In this document: piece by piece, positions 23,239-33,520 of the stretch | Position numbering within the stretch: the first letter of the stretch is position 1 | Layout: each line of letters begins with the position of its first letter | Assembly (NCBI GenBank): GCA_023231475.1 | Contig: JALJEE010002443.1 | Location: forward strand, 1 to 36,880 | Length of the DNA: 36,880 nucleotides | Direction: 5' to 3' | DNA from: Seison nebaliae | Lineage: Eukaryota | Position numbers and translations under genes: made by a program | Notes under the pieces: generated by a model | The model's database searches: none | Told to the model about the DNA's origin: nothing | What the model saw: the letters and a program-made list of their open reading frames with translations, nothing else

Positions 23239-26200
23239 CTAGTAGATGCGAGGAAAGATTCGATAAGGAACGCGTGCACAATATTGTGTCCAAAATTGTT
23301 CATATTTCTCTTGGCAATGAATATTATCTCGTCGATCACGATGGATGAGTAAAATAGTGAAATAGATCGGATAGAACCAAGGTGCCACATTCAGGAAACC
23401 GCATGGTAATGACCAGGATATTGCCATGAGAATATCTCCGAAATAATTTGGATGTCGCACAATTCCCCACCAACCCGACACTAATAATTTCTTCGTTTTA
23501 TTCGTATCGATAGTTTCCATCGCTGATGAGATAATTTTAAATTAGAATTGAACTTTAATAGAAAAAATATTAACTTTTAAATTGTTCTGCTTGTGGATTG
23601 ATACGGAAATCATTTTTCTGGTTATTAGACGAACGGAAAATGATGTAGCCGATCGCCATGAAAAAAACAGCGACATTAAATAGAATACTTGCTCCCGGCA
23701 AAGGTTTTGGCATTTTCAATAAATATTGACATTGTAGAGAATAGAGGAAGGGCACCCAACAGATGTCGCCGAATAATAACATGAAACCGAAACCATCCGT
23801 CAAAATGTCCATCGTCGTCAATACACATTCCTATATATAATTATTTTACTTTTTTGAATTTTGAAGAATGAAAATAAAATTAACTTCGTGCCAAAGTGCG
23901 TCCAATACATAGATGAATTGGAAGAGAGCAATGAGACATAACGAACTATTAAGTGATCCATAAATTTCTCGACATTTGATGATACAACTATAATTAATTA
24001 AGCACTAGAAAATTGGAATGAGAAGTTAGATGGATTGGAAGGAAGAAGACTAACCCAGCCGATGAGTCCTGGTCGGAGTTCGAAGAAGAATTTCAAATCG
24101 AAATCAGCTCCTTTAAATGTGATTCTCGGATTCAATTCTCGTCCCATAAAATAATCGTATATGGGAATCGCTTTCGCTCCGTATGATGATAATTCGATGG
24201 GATTCAATTGACATGATCTCAAGTAGAGATAGTAAGCGAAGAGGAATGAAAATATAATACTCCAAAATATCAGTCCACAAATATGATCGTAGATGGCGGA
24301 ATAACGAACAAATCGAGCAGTCAATGCGATAATGACAATGGTAATAACTAAAGCTTGAATTCCATTACAACGATATTTTAAACGTTTACCATCTCTCAAT
24401 ACTTGTCCGAGTACTAAACGACCAATGGGAAGAAGTGCCAAACAAGCTTGAAATGTTATCCAGCCTAATAACATCCACAAAGCGGTCATATCAACAACTT
24501 CGTACCATTTGGGAATAAACGGAATTTTCAATAAAGATGCTGCCTAAATTCGAATTAGAAAAGATATTAAGAATAAAAAAATAAAAGATAATTGAAACTG
24601 GATCAGCGATCATGTTCATGTAAATGGTAATGAGTGGAAGGACAGCAAGTAAAATGGACGTTCCAACAACACCGCCAAATTGCAATCCTTCCACCTTCAA
24701 ATCGGCTTTCAACGATCTGACTTTTTCTTTCATTTTATCCTACGACGTTCAGTTAGTTAACAGTGAGTGAAATTAAATTAAAAGAAGAAAAAAAGAGGAA
24801 AAACAGAATAAAGGAAATTACTAAAACAATTCCCCTACAATTTTTTTCTGGTTCGATCTTATGTTGGTTCTAACTCTCTTTGGAGGACTATTCACTTTCC
24901 ACATCATTCTTCCAATATCATCATTTCTAAGATTACATTCAAATGTTTAGCTTCAATTTGTTATTATGAATTTTATCCATTAACTCTCATGTACGAATAA
25001 TGCGTTTTCTGAAAATAATTCTTCCAATTATTCTCACTCAACTTCCAATTGTCAATTCGATCAGATGTTATCAATGTAGTTCGGAAGAGAATCCATATTG
25101 TGCATCATTCGGACGATTTAATCCACATAAGAATGCATTGGTCGATTGTTACAGTTTGGAAGCGACAACACCCGGATATTATTGTATGAAAATAACGAAA
25201 CATTCACAAGACACTGTATTTGCTAGAGGCTGGAAAGTTGTTCAACGTCGATGTACTAGTCGTTCCAGTACAGCTGTTGGACAAGGATGTATCCATTATA
25301 CGGATGAATATGGAAATCGAATCGTCGAATGTTATTGTGATCATGATGGATGTAATTCATCGAATTCTTTACAAATTTCTCAATTCCTGTTTTTATGTCT
25401 TTCACTTCTATTCATATTCATCTATTCCATTTAATTATTCCATTCCATTCTGACACTTTTACATTCAATTCCATTCTCAAAATTTTCCATTTAATTTTGT
25501 GATTTTTTTTTTTTGAACATTTTTCAAATTTTATTTTAAAATTTTTCAAGTTTCAGTTTTGGCAATTTTCCATTTTGAATCTCATATATTCTTCATTCAC
25601 ATTCCATAATAAATATATATTTTTCACTAAATTAATTTCATAGACATTATTTCCATTCCAAATGAATACAACAAGTGTTAGTGTGACGAAAATGGAATTG
25701 GACGAATTGAACAAGATTTTGAAGAAAAGATCGACGTCATTGTTGGATGTTGAGAAAAGAATGAATGAGAAGATAAAATCGTATGACGTAAAGAGATCGT
25801 CGATTGAGAAGGACCAAATTGTATCGAAGGAGATAGAAGAATGGAAGGAAGAGTTCTTAGGAAGGAAGAATCATTATAAACAGTTGTCGAATGAAGTGAA
25901 ATCACTTGCTGATATTTTGATAAAAATTGTTGAATAATAAATTTTTCCACTTCTCAACAGAAGTCTTTTTAAATGAAAAATTAATTTTCAACTAACGACT
26001 GGATTGAGAGATGGAGCTTTCATACTCCGAATATGTTTCGAGATGGCACTGGTGGAATTGCAGTTGTTGGTCGTTTGGAGTTTTGATTGTGTTCTCGTAA
26101 ATAGTTCGGGTGGCTGTTCGAATGTTAATAATGATGAGGAGAAAATTTGTAGGAGATGTGACTAACATAAACATCATTTTTGGAGAGGAAGAATTCGGAA

Positions 26201-26385
26201 CCATCATTAAATTTACACATATATTTACTTCCGACAGTAAGAATTGTTGCTTTATGGAAATTGTTGGATTGGGGATGACGAGCGACAACCTGATCGCCAA
26301 CTGCATGAGACGGAATACTTACTTCATGAGATGTTGATTCGCCCTCCTTAACTCGTTTCTTAACACGACAACGATAGACGTTCAT
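23239..26385 (-). CDS. LBR: Lamin B receptor (N-terminal Tudor domain + ERG4/ERG24 delta-14 sterol reductase domain), ~541 aa
   Basis: Exons 26385-26167, 26113-25997, 24739-24599, 24543-24055, 24004-23885, 23830-23575, 23522-23239. Tudor GDQVVARHP...[16 protein letters not shown]; reductase motifs [64 protein letters not shown]. The reductase part is near certain; linkage of the Tudor exons across the 1257-nt intron is inferred. Confidence 0.85.
25000..25434 (+). CDS. Quiver/sleepless-like Ly6 three-finger protein, GPI-anchored, 144 aa, intronless
   Basis: Signal peptide, [31 protein letters not shown], then small residues (SS) and a hydrophobic C-terminal tail. Confidence 0.92.
   Translation: MRFLKIILPIILTQLPIVNSIRCYQCSSEENPYCASFGRFNPHKNALVDCYSLEATTPGYYCMKITKHSQDTVFARGWKVVQRRCTSRSSTAVGQGCIHYTDEYGNRIVECYCDHDGCNSSNSLQISQFLFLCLSLLFIFIYSI
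25662..25937 (+). CDS. Small charged coiled-coil protein, 91 aa, unknown family
   Basis: E/K-rich heptad-like composition throughout; preceded by acceptor-like TTTCATAG ending 25643 with an open frame to the ATG; AATAAA right after the stop. Confidence 0.55.
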   Translation: MNTTSVSVTKMELDELNKILKKRSTSLLDVEKRMNEKIKSYDVKRSSIEKDQIVSKEIEEWKEEFLGRKNHYKQLSNEVKSLADILIKIVE

Positions 26386-26931
26386 AAATGAAAAGTAAAT
26401 TGAATCAAATCAAAAAAAAATAGAATGGTTATCGTATTCAATAGTTTTGTGATGAAGTAAATTCAATTGGAATTAACTTAAATTTTATTTTTTTTAAGAT
26501 TATACATTTTCCTTTTCTTTTTCTATTCACTAATTTATCACTTGCCCTTAATCACTATGATGATTTTATTGACGTTTTAATTTAAAGATGAATTATGATA
26601 TTTGTTTAATATTTCACGTAATAATCATAAATAAAATGTTTTGTTAATTGTATATAAATAATGAATGAAATGAAATTATAAGAGAAAGAGGAGAATGATG
26701 GAGGAGGAGGAGAGGAAGAATAAAGCAAATTTCTGAAAAATAATAATTGTTAGATAATAATTCGTGTTCGTTGCCATGACAACATAAGAGCGCTCCATTC
26801 TTTAAATAATACTAATGGGATTATATAATTGGAGATGAAGAGAAGTTTGTCATTTAGAGTACAGTTGATAATGATGATGATGATGGAGAAGTGAATGAGA
26901 ACCGGAAAAGTGGAATTAATAAGTGACTGTG

Positions 26932-29648
26932 TTAGAAACACCAATTCTTTCCATAAGCATTCTGTGCCAATTGTACGGCGGACAGATAAAGAGAATTCTC
27001 ATTCGAACTAGTTGGATCGGTTGTTGAATGTAAATATTCGTTTGCATTGTTCATATTATTCCAATCGTTCGACTCCTTCTTCAATGGAACGAAAGAAGAG
27101 ATTGATGAATTATCATTATTCAACGATTTGTCTTGATCGTGACTCAGTTTCTTTAAGGAGGACAAAGTCGTCACATCAGGAACACAACCAATTCGGTCGA
27201 TTGTCGCTTGAAATAGAGCGTTGGAAGTGGATGTTGGGAGAGCTGATGTGAGTGTAGATAATGATGTTGTTATTGTTGTTGTTTGGGAGACAGGGGCGGA
27301 ACAACTGGATGATGCTGATGTAGATGATGAAGTGGAAATGGTTGAGCCGTTATTACTACTGCTACTATTACTGCGATCAGCATTAGAACATAAACTTTCA
27401 CCCAAACCACTTGATCGATCCGTTTCACTATGGAATTGTTGTGATTGATTATAAAGATTGAAATATTCGTCATATTTCGGATGTTTGGCATTAGCCATAT
27501 TTTCATCATTATTCTCTTGTTCTAACGGGCGTTTTGTCTGCAAAAGACAATTATTGATGATTTGGAGAACGTTCTTGTTCGAATTGTCATCGTCATTCTT
27601 ATTAACATCTTTCATTTCTCCATTAACCGGCGTGGTGGTAGTGATGGTGGTTGCAGTGGACATTTGACGATTATAAAGTGAAGAATAATAATTGTTGTTA
27701 TATGGAGTGAAATATGCTGAAATATTATTCGTATTTGTTGTATTTTGCATTATATTGTTAGTCGTTAATTCCACATCTTCATTCTCATTCGTGCTCATAT
27801 TATTATTATTGTTGTTGTTGTTGTCATTGTTAATTGATTTTTCATTCATTTCATTGGTTATTCCATTATTGTTCGTTGTGGAATCGGCACCGTTGGTGGA
27901 TGTGATTATATTTGATGAATAGTCACCATCAGTGGAAGTTGTTGAAACATCTTGACTATTTAATGAATTGTAGAAGTTGAGAAGAGCATTCGATTTATTT
28001 TGCATCAGCAAATTCGAATAATTATTATAGAGATAATTGTTGGGTGTCGTTCCATTGAAGAAATTGGTCATTGATGATACTAACGAGACATTGTTCCTCG
28101 CCGTCGAATAATTGTTCATTAAATTATTATAATATTGATAGCTCATATAGTTGTAAGAGGAGGTGGATGGAGTGACACCATCACCTTCACAACTCCCAGT
28201 ATTTCCTGTACAATCCTTCTCATTCATATTATTAATCATATCGATCGAACTCATATTATTCGTCAAATTATTATTCGTATTAGTAATTGGTGATGAGATG
28301 GCCGATATATTCTCCGATGTCTGATTATCATTAGGGAAGACTTTCGTTTTCTCCGATTTGACCGAATCATATTCCTGATATTCATTCTCCTCGTTCGTAT
28401 ACTCTTCGTCTTCCTCATCACTTCCTATTGGAGTGCTATTTGAATTTGTTGTCTTATTCTCATTAATTTCACCTTCCTTCTCCTTATGAGCTCTCTTGCA
28501 TTTATATCGATGGTTTTGGAACCAGATCTTCACTTGAGTAGGAGTCAAATTAATCAAAGTTGCCAATTGCTCCCGTTCGGGAGCACTCAAATATTTCTGT
28601 TGTTTGAATCGTCTTTCCAATTCATAAACTTGTGCTTGAGAGAATAAAATTCTCCTTTTACGTCTCTGATGATGATGTTGATTGTGATGGTGGGCAGCGA
28701 GTGCTGACGCAGCTAACGAAGCATGTGATGGGAGGAATTGACTCATTGCCGCTACATTCATCATTGCTGCCAATCCAGTACCAGTCTGCGATGTACCATA
28801 AGCATTAGACATTCCGAAATTGTTAAGGCCTTTTGTCAAATAAGCCGAATATCGATCCTGCAATGACGATGAATATGATCCTCCATTCTCTTCCATATTC
28901 TCCGTGTTACTTTCATTCGATACCGGATTATTCTTCTCACTCTCACTTGGTGTTGTGCAGATGGAATTTTCAATTTCTCCAACATTTCCCCCATCGAATT
29001 GATTCGGTTCTTCTTTGGTTATACCGTTTGTTGAGACCATATTTTCAGTATTATACGAATAATTAGATGATTGTCGATTAGAAGCGATAGATGTTTGGAG
29101 AGCGTTAATTGTATTCAACAACGATGGATTGTAATAATTCAATGGATTAAGATTATAAGTTGAGGACGATGTTTGTCCCATTATATCAGTGGAAGTGACA
29201 GTAGGTAAATTACCGAAAAGATTCTTTGAATTATAATTATTCATTCCATTATATGAATTGAGATTGTATCCATTGAAATAGTTCATAGTGGACAAGACGT
29301 TCTGATTATGATTCGTTATCGATTCAGCATTTGTCGACGATTCGGAAGTCATTATCAATTGATCAGACGGATTATTGGTCTCATCTAACGACTTTCTCGA
29401 ATCATTGAGATAATTCAAATTCTCGTTCGTCTTGTACGGCATACTCGCCAATTTTTCCCCATTCGATTCAATGTTCGATGGCGCTGCAGCTAACATCGAA
29501 TATGATGGATTCTTATTCAATGCAGGAAAGATGTGGAAAGATGTTGACGATTGGAAAGGAGATAATGAATTATCTGAACGTTGATTTTGTGGTGGTATCT
29601 CCTGCTGATTTCTATTCGAGAAATTGCTGGTGATTGAATTGGGGAAAT
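26932..29648 (-). CDS. NKX2-1: NK2.1-class homeobox transcription factor (Nkx2-1/scarecrow orthology group); 5' end unresolved
   Basis: Homeodomain at ~28665-28486 [58 protein letters not shown] (Tyr54), C-terminus YGKNW-CF resembling the YGRTW end of NKX2-1. Frame is open up to an acceptor TTTAG at 29649; first in-exon ATG at 29496. Confidence 0.92.
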
Positions 29649-32600
29649 CTAAATTTCACAAAAAGAAAAAACATTAATCAAATTTTGAAGTGTATTAGGA
29701 ATGGAATGAAGTTTCTCCGTCGAAAAATCACATAACATAACAGATGAAAACGAGAGAGGAAGAGAGAGAGACAGAGAAAGAAAGATTTAGTATAGCGTCA
29801 TATTCGGTTCATATGCTCCAAAAGAAAAATATATGTGGAGATGTGGAGGTTATCCGTTGAAACTAAACATTCACGCGAATCATCAAGTGGAAAAGAAAGT
29901 TATCCAAACTCTCAAACAGACAACGATAAAGCTAATAATTGTGGAAAATCACTTGAGATGAATTCGGTTTTGTTTGCATTCGTCTTTTTAAAGAATCCAC
30001 TTATCCTTATGGTTTAATATTCCTATGTTTGCTTTCTCCAATCATACTTGAGATTGGAGCGTAAATATGAATTAGAGAATTCTTTTTCATTTTGGATCGG
30101 TGAAAAGGAGAAACTTTCCATCGCGTCACTAAATACGATATCGTTCGTTCGATTCACAACATACCTATCTATTTGCATTCTCATTTCTCATTCCTCCATC
30201 ACTAATGTCTAATGTTTCCATATTTGATGTTGCCTTCTAGCAGAAATTGAATAACTTCAAAAATTAATATTACTTATTCTTCAAACTGTTTATTAGAAAA
30301 ACATTGAAACATTCCTCATTTAATCATTTTTATTACATTTCAAGTAGAGTCATTCCACTCCTCACAAATTTGTTTAGTAATTTTTCCTTATTTTATCAAT
30401 AAATTTTAATTAGAGAACTTTATTGATAATCGTTAATTCATTTCTCTAATTCCTTTCTCTCACTTTTTCTCTTTCAAACAATCCTCTTTTCTTCCAGTCA
30501 CCAATGTCTCTCAACATTCGAGTAGTGCGGATGATTCGAATGAGAGCGACCAAACTGACTGATTATTCTATGAACTACAATGTCTTGATAGAATTACCCA
30601 CTCGAAATCAATTTTCATTCTCTCCTCTACCCTCTAGGCGTCATGTACTAGATGGAATTGTCCGTTTATCTAATGCAGCTTATACTCATTCACTTCTCCC
30701 ATATATTCCTCTCATTTAGAGAAAATAGAAGTAGTACAACAATTCCCAAATAATATATGGAGTTTAATCGAATACGTCTCCACTATACCTATTGTACTCT
30801 AAACTTACACATTTCTTCAGGTATACCAAACACTGTGCATTGGTATGCGTGTGTGTGTTGGTGTATATTTGTGTATGATAGTCCGTTAGGATGTTGCAAG
30901 AAAGTAAAAGTAGGAAGAAAGTACTTGAAACAGAAGGAATAAAATTATTTTAATTATTCTCCAAATTTAAATGGATCCATTTAATAATATCAGAAAAATA
31001 GAAGAGGTATCGTTATCGATTGGAATGAGAAATATTTTTGGGGAGTGATGAAGATACCCGAAGAAGAATAGGAAATTCCTCTCCAACTTTCAATTCTCGT
31101 AATCGATTCCGTAATCGACCTGTTGTCATCGCAACAGGGTACGGAAGGTTCGCACTATCATCAAGAGAAGTGAGAATGTAACAGATCTGTACTAGTCTCA
31201 TATCATAAATCATGGAGGAACTCCTGTCGTTACTCATCAAACTCAAGTGGTCGACAAACGAAACAAATGTCGAAAGAATCGAGAGAAGTGAAGTAAGGAA
31301 TAAATGAAATAATCTAAAAACAATTAACTTCGTCATATTGAGTTTGACGTCAAGTGGACAAGCTACTTTTATCTTTCCCTTTTTTTTCATTAAAAATATT
31401 TTTGTTGTTCTTTTTTCTTGATCCTTTCTCCTTTCACATATTCGTCCGTTTATCGTGTTGTCGTCGTGCCAAAATGACAGACCAGTTTCTCACATACCTC
31501 CATCGAACGTCTTCTAGAGAGATGTTCAATCAACTTCAACATATTTTCCTCATCGAACAAAAGACCTCCGACAAAAAGTTGGAGTTGGACGACGAAAACT
31601 TTCTGTACCTTAACACCGTTGAGTGTCTCTTTAGACACAACCATAAATACTTCTTATTACTAGTAATGATCGACGAAAGAATTTACCCAATAGGTTCCTT
31701 CTTCTTTCTCGTTTCCGCTCATTAGACGAATCTAATTCCACTTGAAATGGATTTACTTTAAATAGAAATCGGACAAAAATAAACAATAATTCTTCTTCAT
31801 GTTATTTTTACTTTTCTCTACCAATAATATTCGGAAAAAAAGAGATGACGATTATTCCTTGTACGACGATGATTAGTTAATGATTAAAAGGAAATTATTT
31901 ATCGAAATGAATTGGCAACAAATCGCTTAATCGCCAAAACAATGGAAATCGTTCAGGGAGAATCTTCCTGCTTTTTTTTATTGAACGTGCAGATTAGAAT
32001 TAATCATTCTTTTTCTCGATCATGATTACGATTAATTGCAGAAGGAAAGTAACCACAACAGAAACAGCGGGTAACTGGATCAAGAGAAGGTACTTGAAGT
32101 ATTTATTCAATTTACATTAATTCGCTCAACAACTTTTGGATGAGACGAGGAGGACACGAAAAGGATGGAGGAGGAGGATGCCTCGTAAGAAAGAAAAAGT
32201 ACGTAGAATAATTAGGATAAGGGACTGAAGAAGACAAGTGGGGATGAATTGGGAAGGAAAATAGATAGTTAGATAGATCGTTAGTTAGTTCGAATGGTAG
32301 GACGTTACGAATCAGTTTGCACACAAATCAATCTTCCAACGAATCAGGAGAGAGCTCCTCCAAAACCAGGAGAGAAAGAGAAATGAATTAATTAGAAGAA
32401 AAGAAAGAAAACTATTTTTATTAAAATAAGCTACTCCAAATAAAACAGTAATTGTAGATTAAATAACCGATTGATAGAGAAATTAATAGATATGCGCATC
32501 GCACTATCCTATTGGAATCTCACATCAAATGGTGAGAGCGAGAAAGAATGCACATATTGTCCAAGTGATGCGAAGCAGAAATAAAGTTGACTCTTTTCAT

Positions 32601-33163
32601 CTCACATCTTCTATTATTATTAACAACATCTCATCTTCTTCCATTACGTCTCCTCCTTTAAGTAATAGGAGACGGGAATGAATTGGATGAAAGATGGGAA
32701 CGATGCAGGTGAAATACGATGTAATGTTTTTCCTCATCATACTGACGATTGTCGGTGAGGAGAATAAATCTATTAACGACAGTTACTTACATGAGATAGT
32801 TTACAGGAATGGCAATTGAAGTGGAAGGAAAAAGATGGAAGAATATTCCACTTGAAATTGATTCTTTTACTTGACATTCAATTTATATTCTGTTTTGGTG
32901 AATGATGGGATTTACATTCTGCACTTCGTCACTTTTCCTATTTACATACCAGATACATTACTGACGAAATACCCTCACAATTGCATAATGGCAGTGCGAG
33001 ATTCTTCTAATTATTTCATTACTGAACGATCATCTCAACTCCATTGGCTATCCAACTCCCCACCTCTTTGTCAACACGACAACTCGTTCCAAGAGAATAT
33101 TTAACAGATTGCCTACGTAATGGGAAAATGTGGAATGCAAACAAATTATTAGACGAGTATCAG

Positions 33164-33261
33164 CTATAATTGCTATAATTCCAATATGGATTCTTGTATA
33201 TTTTACTACATCATCTCCCAGTCACTTACTTGCAATCGCCCTATAATTATAGCAATTATAG
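33164..33261. repeat. 17-bp perfect inverted repeat with 64-nt spacer
   Basis: CTATAATTGCTATAATT 33164-33180 and AATTATAGCAATTATAG 33245-33261. Confidence 0.85.
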
Positions 33262-33398
33262 GATCATAATTCGTGGAAAGTAAAACTCTTAATTTTTTCT
33301 TTCAGACTTTTCTTTTTTTTCAATTTGATTTAATCACAATTTCTCCTTCTCTAATTATCTTCCAACTATTCCTCTCATATCCACTACACATATCCTTC

Positions 33399-33520
33399 TA
33401 TTTATACCATCAGACAATATCAGTGGACGATTATGGGGTGGTATTTTTACAAGTTTTCTTGATTGACCAATTTAACTTCGTTATTCTCTCTACAGGATTG
33501 GCTGACTGATTGGCACTTGA
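33399..33520 (-). promoter_or_regulatory. Candidate core promoter for the NK2.1 gene
   Basis: Minus-strand TATAAATA 33406-33399, two CCAAT boxes (33501-33497, 33513-33509), an abutting NK2 site (33514-33520) and a downstream GTAAGT donor at 33229-33224. Confidence 0.4.

Noticed and set aside
25678..25950. 90-aa minus-strand ORF inside the LBR intron
   Set aside because: Ser/Phe-rich shadow of the + strand coiled-coil ORF; not needed for the LBR frame.
29012..29022. 11-nt match to the miR-9 5' end (TCTTTGGTTAT) antisense to the NK2.1 CDS
   Set aside because: Single short match in coding sequence, no hairpin; plausible by chance.
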